From an uncultured virus (IMG/VR IMGVR_UViG_3300042446_002147) (taxonomy: Duplodnaviria > Heunggongvirae > Uroviricota > Caudoviricetes): a stretch of 61,769 bases of DNA. A model generated the notes under the pieces. That model was not told the origin of the DNA, searched no databases, and saw only the letters and a program-made list of their open reading frames with translations. Position 1 is the first letter of the stretch; the number at the start of each line of letters is the position of its first letter. Positions 32,201 to 41,578 of the stretch are shown piece after piece. The translations under genes and the position numbers were made by a program. The stretch is from positions 62,001 through 123,769 of IMG/VR virus record IMGVR_UViG_3300042446_002147; one strand, given 5' to 3'.

Positions 32201-34865
32201 ATACTTTACCCACGAATGGTATCATCTACAGAAACCCCCTTATTCTATACCAGAATCAAATCTTCATATTGATAAAAATTATTTAGCAGAAGAAATAGAT
32301 GAGACTTTATTGACTGATACCAATCCCTCTTTAAGAGATTATTTCTTAGATTATTTCTCAATTGAAGGTGAGGATCTTAATCCTTATTACCCTACAAGTT
32401 CAACAATTGATAAAATAGATTTAACGGAAAGATTCTCACTGTTCAATTTCAATTCAGGAAATGGATTTTCTGAAACATTATATAGAGGAGCTAAGGTAAG
32501 GATCAAGAGAACATTTACTGATTATGCACAGGGGGAATCTATAAAATATGTAGATGATGATACATTTTATGATGATTACAAATTCTCTTGTGTAATAGTT
32601 CCTATAAAAAATATAAGTGACGAGATACAGACACCGGTAAAAGTTAAAATTATTGAAAATAGAACTTTTAAAAATATCACTTTTGTTGTTGAGGTTCTTA
32701 TTGAAGATGCTAGAGCATTAGATTTTGAAAATATTAGCCCGGAACTTCAATATTTGAATCTTGACTATTTCTTACTTTATTCTCTAAAAGATAAACTAGA
32801 TAGCCAATATTATCCAGTAAGCTCACCACCTAGTTGGTTACCTAATAATGATATTGAATTACCAAAAATAGGAGATGTTAAACTTTCTTCTTCTTTGAAT
32901 GTCTCAACCAATCCCAATTCACAAGGATTTTTCTCCATAGTTAATAGTTTTACAACAGGAGATTCTGGAACTATATATGTTGTACCAAATCCTAATTATG
33001 AATCAGATCTAAGAGAGGAAATTAATTTTACATATTTACCTAGTGTGGTACCTTCTGTAGCTGGCCCAAATTCTACTAGTCCTGGATCTTTCTACGGAAT
33101 AGTAGGAAATTCAGGAGTAGGAGGTGGTTATACTTTACCTTTCCCTACGGGAGTTTCAGAAGATGCTGTTAAATTCACAGCTATTGATTCTAATTATGGA
33201 TTTGATTTCAGTGAAATTGGTTTAGCAGGTCCTTTAGATATACCATCAACCGCTAATTACACTGCTATTTCGAATATACCAATTTATCAAAGAGAAGGAG
33301 GCAAATCATACTGGGGTAATATATTAGAAAAAATATCATTTGCTAATTTATCACTTTGGGTTAATACTGAATATCCATATATAGAATATAAGACTTATGT
33401 GTGGAACGAAACGACTAATACCACGGATATTTTAGATAATCAGTTTGTTTTAGAATTCATTAAACCTTCTACATTTGTTCAAAATTCTATTCTATTCCCT
33501 GAAGAAATAGAAGATAAACCTCAAGAGCTTTCTTTATTTAACGTGGGATATAATATAACAGAATTAGAGGGAGAAACAGAATTATACAGATATGGCGGAG
33601 GTTATATTCCTAGCTTTAGAGAGATTCTAAAATTTGAGAATGTAAAGTATGACATACCTTTATGGACTACGCCTTCTGCTTATACATTTACTGTTAAAGT
33701 TACCGATAAAATAGAGGGGACAGAACTATATGATTTAGGTGCTAATTTATGTTACGAAATAAACGGGAACACACAAGGGGAAATATCATTAATCAAAGGT
33801 GTCACTTATTTCTTTAATCTTAGCGATTCTAGTAATACTGGATATCATATATATTTTTCTCGAAATAATATTGGCAATTCTTATTCCACTGATGCTTTAA
33901 CTCAAGGATATAGCTTAATTGGAACACCAGGAACTTCGGGATCTTATATAATGTTTAAGGTTCCTTATGACTTTTCTTCTGAAGTTTATTATGTTGCAGA
34001 GGGGGGAAAATATATGGGACATAAAATAAATGTAATAGATTCTATAGAATATTCATATTGTTCTTTTGGTCCAAGTAAGGATAATTTTGGAAACGTTAAA
34101 AACGTTAACTATTATAAATATGCAACCGATTGGATATTCAGAATAGGACAGAATTCTCCATATAATCCCACTTATAATTTAATAGGTGAAACACCAATAG
34201 ATAAAAGAGATCTTTCTCTTTTTGAGAGCTCTTGGGACGCAGGATTTTATAGACAATACTCGGGTCCTACTGGATATGTGAGTTTGCCGGGAACTAAAAA
34301 TATGAAAGAAGAAAAATCTTTCTTTGGTAGCAAAGTAATGCAAACCCCTGACACAATTAATTCACAAAAACAGATTGTTTATCCTAATTCACTTAAAGGC
34401 GTATTAGATCTTAATTATAACAATTATGCTAATTACGAAATACTTTGGGAAAACACACCAACAGAACTAAGAGGTGTTCTATTAGTTGATAGAATGTTAA
34501 CAAGATTCTTCTTAGAAAATGGAGGTAAAGAATCTTTTAATAAATTTATAATTCCTGAATTTGGATTTGGTAGTTTGTCTGATGTGGATGATGATTTTAT
34601 AGAATACATAAAATTAAATGTATTGCCTATTTTCCAATCTAAAGATAATGGATCTTATTTGAAAAAAACACCAGTTGCAGACACGCAGACATTAATTCCC
34701 GTTACTGGTGATCTTGCAGATTATCAAAAATTAATAAATGGCTATTACCCTTCACAAGAGATTAGATACACTAAAGTTAATGAATTAAAATACGAATTTA
34801 GAATACCAAAGGATCCTTCATTTAATTATTCTCTAGCATTTTCTATACAGATAGGGAAAATTTAA
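29250..34865 (+). CDS. Very large virion structural protein (1871 aa, GTG start) with a cupredoxin-like insert
   Basis: Long beta-rich ORF. Domain near 33690-34035 reads LIKGVTYFFNLSDSSN..H...GTPGTSGSY...VYYV...MG. Confidence 0.55.
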   Translation: MARKIIKQTSSFGVLRANPRISGNVKITVDSSKGIWLNSIDSNSEMSNSAYKGFSISPDSSFDKDLYRFFDEGKTPPQFVFGLIGEEEPVQNQTNDLSSVYNFFYSSGVSPLASDRYSEDFTYLAPLWIGEDIPDHFVIFKVNDPIDYSYKIPVTSLVVGKLYKVLQDTTVDATAPGYLPYKISSNTVTYTDGNVFTAASTLFNVTQGSGTVILLDSSYNISSVEDTENHFYDKILPKATIVSTFDLTEDSDIGKYLRKIKTTPGYTENLIDARFEDNQLTTFNGVNYNVGIFDKKGDYLFDYYENAETQIGFEDFITNGFRNNGILSYKLLNMEFLFNDTDSENYTINRYFGLYVNAPELAKFKLDGDSLFKSLGSSGNTPIPDRNDKGYYSQENSYFQYNDNGVRIYIDPNYITGVLPNSDDVNILEQTKLFWIKDKNGNFHSLKREIDYGITSPTSSYTTYGLGPTENELVIQDVSLDLSLLTGKDDSTKKQYKAVSTGEKGRGYSVIRIGGTLTNNNENCFLFYNPLGAYGVPGSKYDILRASDMSSIVDEWGPGSFYSQDSTYYYHAGGTKEDIAKALSGLLNSFNYNSFEAFESGDELVIRTKATGTQENNKYYLDFFLNLSTNQRMPDSQRGIVFINEKDACDINQKQSFVGGSNYSNTRIKVKIEDANKIEVGKTFIDTVKNTSTDSFSGLSTYSNKSSSVVIGKYRFIDQYSKDEKGEIIGIKDFETHATLEIKNFTETVAIGSSGDISAFNTYDIPLGVFSFYGLREIDMDFWSSQYGYTPTEEYYKYLDVQPSGVTKIIPGKTYFVSNGAEITYGASSINGPDFFEGIAGNEEYTLVTSSTGAESNVFPTLSSRGLITSGITGSNFDYTFYPDLDAFPGFYGIQSLQFINNTNGIDTKYDVLNFGKLDSEYDYTQDNYNPEFALKSRVSPYITKWVYNGGTDIRGNGYRLNSNIAFSPLNFSPSFFKRSQDPQYFTHEWYHLQKPPYSIPESNLHIDKNYLAEEIDETLLTDTNPSLRDYFLDYFSIEGEDLNPYYPTSSTIDKIDLTERFSLFNFNSGNGFSETLYRGAKVRIKRTFTDYAQGESIKYVDDDTFYDDYKFSCVIVPIKNISDEIQTPVKVKIIENRTFKNITFVVEVLIEDARALDFENISPELQYLNLDYFLLYSLKDKLDSQYYPVSSPPSWLPNNDIELPKIGDVKLSSSLNVSTNPNSQGFFSIVNSFTTGDSGTIYVVPNPNYESDLREEINFTYLPSVVPSVAGPNSTSPGSFYGIVGNSGVGGGYTLPFPTGVSEDAVKFTAIDSNYGFDFSEIGLAGPLDIPSTANYTAISNIPIYQREGGKSYWGNILEKISFANLSLWVNTEYPYIEYKTYVWNETTNTTDILDNQFVLEFIKPSTFVQNSILFPEEIEDKPQELSLFNVGYNITELEGETELYRYGGGYIPSFREILKFENVKYDIPLWTTPSAYTFTVKVTDKIEGTELYDLGANLCYEINGNTQGEISLIKGVTYFFNLSDSSNTGYHIYFSRNNIGNSYSTDALTQGYSLIGTPGTSGSYIMFKVPYDFSSEVYYVAEGGKYMGHKINVIDSIEYSYCSFGPSKDNFGNVKNVNYYKYATDWIFRIGQNSPYNPTYNLIGETPIDKRDLSLFESSWDAGFYRQYSGPTGYVSLPGTKNMKEEKSFFGSKVMQTPDTINSQKQIVYPNSLKGVLDLNYNNYANYEILWENTPTELRGVLLVDRMLTRFFLENGGKESFNKFIIPEFGFGSLSDVDDDFIEYIKLNVLPIFQSKDNGSYLKKTPVADTQTLIPVTGDLADYQKLINGYYPSQEIRYTKVNELKYEFRIPKDPSFNYSLAFSIQIGKI

Positions 34866-34880
34866 TGAGGATCGAATTTT

Positions 34881-34904
34881 TGATATATATTGTAACTATA
34901 AATA
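34881..34904 (+). promoter_or_regulatory. TGATATATA motif plus canonical T4 late box TATAAATA
   Basis: Both lie upstream of the tail fibre ATG at 34908. Confidence 0.55.
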
Positions 34905-34907
34905 GAG

Positions 34908-37682
34908 ATGCCGCAGATTAACATATTAAACATTTTACAGGGAGACAATCAATCAACAATAGTTGACAAGATTAATTATAACTATGACCAAATACTTAGT
35001 GCTGGTGGTGGTCCGCAAGGACAACAAGGACTGATAGGTCCTACAGGATCTGTTGGTCCACAAGGACCACAAGGTGTTCAAGGAGTACAAGGTCCTTCAG
35101 GGACTAAATGGTTTGTTCAAGATAGCGCCCCAGCTATTAGTAATATAACAGGATCTAATCCATGGACATTTCCCACATTAGGAGATTATTGGTTAGACCC
35201 AGATTCTGCAAATCAAGAAGTTTATGTACTCTCTGCTACTGGATGGGTTGATACAGGATATGGATTAAATGCCGGAGAGTTATTTCAAAAAGTTACACCA
35301 ATTGATATAGTTGGAGGTGCTACTGGCTCTGGTATATTAATATCAGGAACTGGAACTAGTGGTGCTACTGCTGCCACATTGGTACTTTCAGATGCTTCAA
35401 TTAGTGATTATACACCAGGAGGATCAGCAATATATAATGTTAATTACGAAGGAGCTAAATTAAAAATAGCCACTAGAAATGATAGACTTAAGATATTAAG
35501 TTTTGGCAGAGCTGATCTTGATATTACAACAGGGGCAGGTGCTACTGGATACCTAAATAACCCTTCACTAGAATGGGATACATCAAGCCCAGTAGCTCCT
35601 AATTTTTATGATATCTCTTTAAGAAACCCAGGGGGATCTATAGGTATAATATCTTCAGCTACTGCAGCTTCGGGAGGAGTAAATATTCTTGCTAAGGGTG
35701 AAATAACAGCAACTAGTAGTGAGGATAACATAATGCTAAGAACCCCAATACCAAATAAAGGTACATTTATTAGTGCAGCTTCTAATGGTGGATTTCTAGA
35801 ATTATCAAATCAATCATCAGGAAATCCTAGCAATAATACCAATGCTCCTTTATTTGCTAATGCAACAGGATTAGGTATTGGTTTAGGTACAGGTCAATTT
35901 AGACAATCAGGAGACGATTCAAGAAGATTAGGGGTATTTGGAAATACTAGTATATCTAAAACTCTTTCACTACATACTGGAGTTTTATTTACTGGTAATG
36001 CTTTATCTCCTCTAAATAACAATAAAGGTGTATTATTTGTAGAGGGACACAGTATGTTCGGGCACACAAATCCTACCGGGGATAATTCAGGAGGAATACA
36101 AACAACAGGTATGGCAGAGGCGAGTAATAGATTTCCTCAATTATTTGTCACATCTCCTAACTACGGACCAGGAGTACAAGTAAGAACAAAGGGAGCTTCT
36201 ACATATGCACCAAGAACTATAATAGGTGACGGTGTATTTGATTTCACTTCTGCTGGTGGTGCAACATCATCTGCAGGTACTGGTCCTGACATCACACAAG
36301 AGTTTTACGCTAATAGTAGCCACTTATTTGGCGCTGGTCCATTAATAAGTTATCAGCATAAGATATCAACACCAACAAATACCACAGGTTTTGCTCCTGT
36401 ATTTAGTATTACTACGTATACTAATTCAGGTGTTTATAGTGCTAATAATGTTGCATCAAGGACTTTAATTCAAACTAAAAATTCTAATAGGTTATTAGAA
36501 ATAATGGCGAACGGTACAGGAGGAGGAAATAAGCTTAATCTAGTAGCTGGTACGTATCCATTACTAAGTGTAAATAGTGGTTCTGGAGCAACTGCAGGAG
36601 GAGTTTCTATAGGATCTTCTTCTAATACTTATTCTACTATATTATTACCCTTAACTGGATCAACTTTTATTGGAGGTAATGCTAATAATCACAGTTTACT
36701 TGTAACAGGAGTACAGACTATAGGTACTGATAGTCCTATATCAATGTTTAATAATAGTGCAAAAGGACAAAACCAACTAGTTGGTGGTAATTCTTTACTT
36801 AAGATTTCAAGAGAGCTATATTCAACAACAACATTATCAAAAGGATCGCCTTCTGCAGCTGGATACTCCGTTAATAATTATCCTAACGGATTAGAGATAA
36901 CATCTTTTATACCTTTAACATCAAGCACAAGCCTGAATGCCAATAAATCAGTAGCTATTGCAGTTGGCGCAAAAACATTAATTAGTGGTACAGCCATTGC
37001 TAATACTACTGGATTCTTTGTAAGCGATTCTGGGGAAAATATAGCTGTTGGACAGGCTATAGATTATACTGCTGCTATAGGAGTTTCCGGAGCCGGTACA
37101 GATTATGCTATTAAGGCAAAAGGAAGTGTTGGAGTAACGGGAGGAAATGTTGAGGTAACAGGAAATGTTGGTGTGACGGGAAATGTTGGAGTAACAGGAA
37201 ATGTTGGTATTGTAGGTGATACATCAGCAACGGGTGATCTTACTGTTACAAATGATGTAATTATTGGACCAAGTACAGGATCTTTAACATTAAATGCAAG
37301 TAGTAAGATAAAGAAAACGTGGACAGGATACGCATTTTTCTACTTTAATGAACCAGCCGATCCAATAATAGCTTATGACTTTGGTGATCCTTATACTACA
37401 GGAGCATTGCCTACTGGATTTGGTTATAATCAAGCTGGAGGTGCATCGAATGCGAATAGTGCAACAATTGTTTTAACACATCCTACTATAGATCCTTTAA
37501 AAACCACTGTACACGTAACTGGTAGATATGCAGGTTCCGGTTTTACCGATTCTTTATTTTGTTTCTTTACATCATCACCCCAAGTAACTACTACAAATAT
37601 CTATATCCGGAGAATGATTAATTGGAATGATGGTAATAACGTTAAGCTAGGATTTAATTTTACTATTATAGAATACTATTAA
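34908..37682 (+). CDS. Tail fibre-like protein
   Basis: N-terminal DKINYNYDQILSAGGGPQG followed by a short collagen run, a Gly/Thr-rich body and GNVGVT hexapeptide repeats. Confidence 0.7.
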   Translation: MPQINILNILQGDNQSTIVDKINYNYDQILSAGGGPQGQQGLIGPTGSVGPQGPQGVQGVQGPSGTKWFVQDSAPAISNITGSNPWTFPTLGDYWLDPDSANQEVYVLSATGWVDTGYGLNAGELFQKVTPIDIVGGATGSGILISGTGTSGATAATLVLSDASISDYTPGGSAIYNVNYEGAKLKIATRNDRLKILSFGRADLDITTGAGATGYLNNPSLEWDTSSPVAPNFYDISLRNPGGSIGIISSATAASGGVNILAKGEITATSSEDNIMLRTPIPNKGTFISAASNGGFLELSNQSSGNPSNNTNAPLFANATGLGIGLGTGQFRQSGDDSRRLGVFGNTSISKTLSLHTGVLFTGNALSPLNNNKGVLFVEGHSMFGHTNPTGDNSGGIQTTGMAEASNRFPQLFVTSPNYGPGVQVRTKGASTYAPRTIIGDGVFDFTSAGGATSSAGTGPDITQEFYANSSHLFGAGPLISYQHKISTPTNTTGFAPVFSITTYTNSGVYSANNVASRTLIQTKNSNRLLEIMANGTGGGNKLNLVAGTYPLLSVNSGSGATAGGVSIGSSSNTYSTILLPLTGSTFIGGNANNHSLLVTGVQTIGTDSPISMFNNSAKGQNQLVGGNSLLKISRELYSTTTLSKGSPSAAGYSVNNYPNGLEITSFIPLTSSTSLNANKSVAIAVGAKTLISGTAIANTTGFFVSDSGENIAVGQAIDYTAAIGVSGAGTDYAIKAKGSVGVTGGNVEVTGNVGVTGNVGVTGNVGIVGDTSATGDLTVTNDVIIGPSTGSLTLNASSKIKKTWTGYAFFYFNEPADPIIAYDFGDPYTTGALPTGFGYNQAGGASNANSATIVLTHPTIDPLKTTVHVTGRYAGSGFTDSLFCFFTSSPQVTTTNIYIRRMINWNDGNNVKLGFNFTIIEYY
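37144..37212 (+). repeat. 18-bp tandem repeat encoding (GNVGVT)n inside the tail fibre
   Basis: GGAAATGTTG recurs every 18 nt, 4 copies. Confidence 0.75.
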
Positions 37683-37683
37683 T

Positions 37684-37887
37684 ATGAAGAAATGGTTTAT
37701 TGAACAATATAATGATATACATGATAATCTTTCCGCAATAGAGAAAGAGATTGGATATCATTTAGAGAACAAAGAGAATCTTATCGGTCGCGAAGAGATT
37801 ATCGAGTCTCTTAAAACCAAAGCTCAATTAGAGATTGAGCGATTAAATAAAACAAGAGAAGATGAAAGAAGAATCTTTAATTACTAA
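37684..37887 (+). CDS. Small coiled-coil hypothetical protein
   Basis: 67-aa helical ORF coupled to the fibre gene. Confidence 0.55.
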   Translation: MKKWFIEQYNDIHDNLSAIEKEIGYHLENKENLIGREEIIESLKTKAQLEIERLNKTREDERRIFNY

Positions 37888-37888
37888 A

Positions 37889-38659
37889 ATGCTTAAAAGA
37901 AAGGACATTGTGCTACTAGCAATAGTTGCTGCACTTTGTTTATTGCTATTTAGACAGTGCGACAGCAACTTATCACTTAAGTCACAGATCAAGATACAGA
38001 ATATGAATTTAGATGCGTTAAAAGACACTGTACGCATTCAAGAAAATAAAGCTGGTGAAGCAACATATGTGAGAAAGACCCTATTGTCTTCCAAGGAAGA
38101 TTTAGAAAAACTCAATAAAGGATTAGCTGAAGAATTAGATAAACAGAAGGGAAAAGTCATAGTGATTGAGAAGGTAATAACTGAGACTAAAGTTGATACA
38201 CATTATGTAAATAATTATCTCACTAGTTATCAAAACGGTAATTATAGTTTAGATTGGAAATATGATTCTTTATTTTCTGTAAACAATTACAGAAAATTTT
38301 CAGGTAAGAGTTTCTTTATTGTAGACACAATTAATAATAGTGTTATTCCAGGAAAAACCAGAATAGACCAAGACGAAATGGGATTCTCATTTATCACTGG
38401 TCTTAGAGAGAAAGATAAAGCTCTTGAAATATTTGTAACCCCTAAATATCCAGGAATGAAAATCACAGATATCGAAGGTGCTGTTATAGATCCTTATAAG
38501 TCGGATGTGCTTAAGTCAATGTTTCCCAACAAAAAATGGTCAGTTGGACCTTATGTTGGAATTGGTGTGGGAGCAGGATATGGACTTAATGGCAAACCTA
38601 TTGCTGGACCTGTATTCAATATAGGATTAGGTGTTCAGTATTCTTGGTTTAAATTTTAA
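37889..38659 (+). CDS. Envelope-spanning/spanin-like protein
   Basis: Basic N-terminus and hydrophobic helix (MLKRKDIVLLAIVAALCLLLFRQC), coiled-coil, and C-terminal amphipathic beta strands ending YSWFKF. Start moved from 37862 to 37889. Confidence 0.55.
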   Translation: MLKRKDIVLLAIVAALCLLLFRQCDSNLSLKSQIKIQNMNLDALKDTVRIQENKAGEATYVRKTLLSSKEDLEKLNKGLAEELDKQKGKVIVIEKVITETKVDTHYVNNYLTSYQNGNYSLDWKYDSLFSVNNYRKFSGKSFFIVDTINNSVIPGKTRIDQDEMGFSFITGLREKDKALEIFVTPKYPGMKITDIEGAVIDPYKSDVLKSMFPNKKWSVGPYVGIGVGAGYGLNGKPIAGPVFNIGLGVQYSWFKF

Positions 38660-38660
38660 G

Positions 38661-38669
38661 GAATATATA
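38661..38669 (+). promoter_or_regulatory. Putative late-promoter motif GAATATATA
   Basis: Fills most of the 14-nt gap before ATG 38674. Confidence 0.6.
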
Positions 38670-38673
38670 CGAC

Positions 38674-41019
38674 ATGGCTTATACATCAACACAAAGGTTT
38701 GTTAAAATCACTGATTACTTATTATTAGAGTATAATTACACAACTGCACCAACTCCTGAAATATATTATGTTAATACTGGATTCCCTGCAATAGGATTTG
38801 AAAAAATAGTAAATGGGTATTTTGATAACACTGTACAGATATTAAATGATCCTAATGCAGAAGCCACAACAAACAATGTTAGGGATTTAAGTGTAGTCCA
38901 GATTGACAAAAATAGATTTGTTACATTAGATAAAGATTACTTAGTTCCTTATTTAGATACAGATCCTAAATTAACTTCAGTAAGTAATCTTCCTGTAGTG
39001 TTTCCTTCTAACATAGGAGTTTATTATGACTCTGTAAAATTCCATATTGTATCAGGATACAATTTTGATAATCTTGATGGTGTAATTTTGCAAGCTAAAT
39101 ATCAAGAAAGAACTGGGAAAAAAGCCACGGTAATGCAGATTTTGTTACAAAAATCTGATGTATTATTATCAGTTTTAAATCCTAATCCTATTTATTTAGG
39201 GGGTGCTTTATATGACAGATATGTAGAGGTTAAGATTCCTGCCTATGCTAATATGGTTTATGAGTTTGAAGTACTGAATGGAAATTCCACACAGTCAAGC
39301 ACATTAGCTGCAAAGATATCTTCAGATGGAAAAGGATTCTTAAAAGATGCTCCTGTAGAGTTTACAATATTTGAAGTCACACAGACTGTTCTTAAAAATG
39401 GATATCAGAATTATATAGGTCAAACTAGATCACAGCTCAGTATATTTCCCAAAGATAATTTTAGTTCTTTAGCTGGGGTTATTCAGGAGAATCAATTTTA
39501 TAATTATTTAGAATTCTATCCCACATGGGATGGTAATTTTTTAGAAGATTTCTTAACAGCAGAAGGAAAGGTGGGAAATACCTATTATGTTGTTAATGAG
39601 CTAGAGGTAAAAGAGCAAGTGGGTCTTTCTTATATAACTACATACAATTTTTCTAGCACACAAATAGACGATTTTAACTCTCCTTCTATATTTAGGCCAG
39701 TTTTAACTAATCCTTTATCCACATCTTTTGTTGTGAATTACACTATGAGATTGGTTAATAAAGGAAATCAGAATCAGATCATAAGAAGATCTACATTTTC
39801 TTCCTTTGATATAAACAAATACGGAAAAGAAAATAATGTAATAAATCTTACTACTGGTGCATATGCTCAGAAAGTTTATAATAAAATAATACAAGCACCT
39901 AATCTTATTTCTGGTGTGGGAGTTGCTCCTAATGTCACTCCATTAGAAAAGAAAATACCAGTATTTTATAAAGATAATAATATTTCAGTAACACAGGAAA
40001 CTATAATTATAGATAAAGACGGTAATGTGATATCAGAAACATCAGGTCCAGACGTAACACAATTATACGGTCAAGGTAAAGCCAAGATTTTAATAGATCC
40101 TTTTGATAACTTCTATAAATTCACAGTGTATAATTTAAAAGATGCAACAACTCCAGAGATAATAGATCTTGGTAATTCTTTAACTTATTATATGGTATTT
40201 TTAGATTCTAGTGGTCAGAGTGTTAGGGTGGAAAATATAAAGAATAAAACATCAATATCTAATCCTTCACAGGGACAGGTTTCATTTAAGGTTGTTGGAT
40301 CTAATTCTAAAAAAATTCTTGGATTTATTAGTAAAGAATTTTATATAGTTTCTAAGACCCCAGATGGCATAGAAACTAAGCTATATTCTGGATCTTGGCA
40401 AAATCAGTCTGAGTTTTTAGCAAGTACTAATACAATTCAAGTTGCTACTACAACTGGAGTTACTGGAGCTACTACAACCACAACTACAACTGTTTCTTCA
40501 ACAGGAACAACAGGAACAACGGGAACTTCAACAACTACAGGAAATCAAATTAATTCTAAAGTACCAATTACTAAAGTTAACAAAGCTATAAAAGATTATG
40601 TTTTGGGAAGTAGCTCTATACTAAGTGTTAAACCCGCTACACAATTAAATTCTACAGGATCTGGAGTTTCTGTTGGAAAATCATCATTATCCATACAAAG
40701 TTCTTTACAATCGGTTAATATAAATATACCAGCTTTAGCTGATTCAATAGCAGGTAAAGAATCACTAATATTTGGAGCAACAGTGATTGTGTCTGATGTA
40801 CAAAAAGTAGTTAATTATTATTTTACACCAGGATCCCCTGGAGCAACATTATTTAAAGGTATAAAACCTAGTCAATTCTTAACTGCAGCTTTACAGATTC
40901 ACCCTAAATTAGCAAATGGAACTTTTGATCCCACATATGTCAAATATTGTAATGCTTTAGTATTTCCTGTTACTAATGATCCTGAAGCAGCTGCAAATAA
41001 AGGTAAGACAAAGAAATAA
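38674..41019 (+). CDS. Virion structural protein with Thr-rich linker
   Basis: Preceded by GAATATATA; beta-rich domains and a TTTGVTGATTTTTTTVSSTGTTGTTG linker. Confidence 0.55.
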   Translation: MAYTSTQRFVKITDYLLLEYNYTTAPTPEIYYVNTGFPAIGFEKIVNGYFDNTVQILNDPNAEATTNNVRDLSVVQIDKNRFVTLDKDYLVPYLDTDPKLTSVSNLPVVFPSNIGVYYDSVKFHIVSGYNFDNLDGVILQAKYQERTGKKATVMQILLQKSDVLLSVLNPNPIYLGGALYDRYVEVKIPAYANMVYEFEVLNGNSTQSSTLAAKISSDGKGFLKDAPVEFTIFEVTQTVLKNGYQNYIGQTRSQLSIFPKDNFSSLAGVIQENQFYNYLEFYPTWDGNFLEDFLTAEGKVGNTYYVVNELEVKEQVGLSYITTYNFSSTQIDDFNSPSIFRPVLTNPLSTSFVVNYTMRLVNKGNQNQIIRRSTFSSFDINKYGKENNVINLTTGAYAQKVYNKIIQAPNLISGVGVAPNVTPLEKKIPVFYKDNNISVTQETIIIDKDGNVISETSGPDVTQLYGQGKAKILIDPFDNFYKFTVYNLKDATTPEIIDLGNSLTYYMVFLDSSGQSVRVENIKNKTSISNPSQGQVSFKVVGSNSKKILGFISKEFYIVSKTPDGIETKLYSGSWQNQSEFLASTNTIQVATTTGVTGATTTTTTTVSSTGTTGTTGTSTTTGNQINSKVPITKVNKAIKDYVLGSSSILSVKPATQLNSTGSGVSVGKSSLSIQSSLQSVNINIPALADSIAGKESLIFGATVIVSDVQKVVNYYFTPGSPGATLFKGIKPSQFLTAALQIHPKLANGTFDPTYVKYCNALVFPVTNDPEAAANKGKTKK

Positions 41020-41026
41020 TTAACAA

Positions 41027-41578
41027 ATGATTTTAAATGCTAGACAGAATGGTTTCATCTTTAATTTTCCTAAGGGATTTGTAGTTGATAGTGTAATTGA
41101 TAAGTATTCTAAATATGTTAAGAGAATGCCCATTCCTTATGACACAGTAAATGACTTTATAAATTCAACTATTCAGCAAGTTAATTTTCCCACACTCAGA
41201 ACTATAGATACTGTGGAACAAATTAGACCTGGTGGTTTTAAACAAACTTATAAGAGTGCTACAACTCTACAAAATTTAATACAAAGAGATTTCACTGTCA
41301 CTTTTAAGTTGGGCGAAGGATTTATAAACTATTGGATTTTGTATGAGAACATAATAAAGTTCTTGGATTTCCAAAATCCGGAACAATATCTACAGGACTT
41401 TAGATTATTATTACTTGATAATGAGGGAGTTGTTATGGCTAGCGTGCTTCTACAACAGCCGGTCTTCACTTCATTATCTGAAATACAATTGAACTACGCT
41501 TCAAGTACACCTCAATTTTCTACTTTCTCAATAGGATTTAAATGTAATTACGTGGATGTTAAACTTGAAATCGGATAA
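41027..41578 (+). CDS. Tail tube terminator/sheath stabiliser, gp3-like
   Basis: QQVNFP...FTVTFKLGEGFINYWILYE...LLLLDNEG...P..SLSEIQL fits the gp3/gp19 tube-fold pattern. Confidence 0.6.
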   Translation: MILNARQNGFIFNFPKGFVVDSVIDKYSKYVKRMPIPYDTVNDFINSTIQQVNFPTLRTIDTVEQIRPGGFKQTYKSATTLQNLIQRDFTVTFKLGEGFINYWILYENIIKFLDFQNPEQYLQDFRLLLLDNEGVVMASVLLQQPVFTSLSEIQLNYASSTPQFSTFSIGFKCNYVDVKLEIG

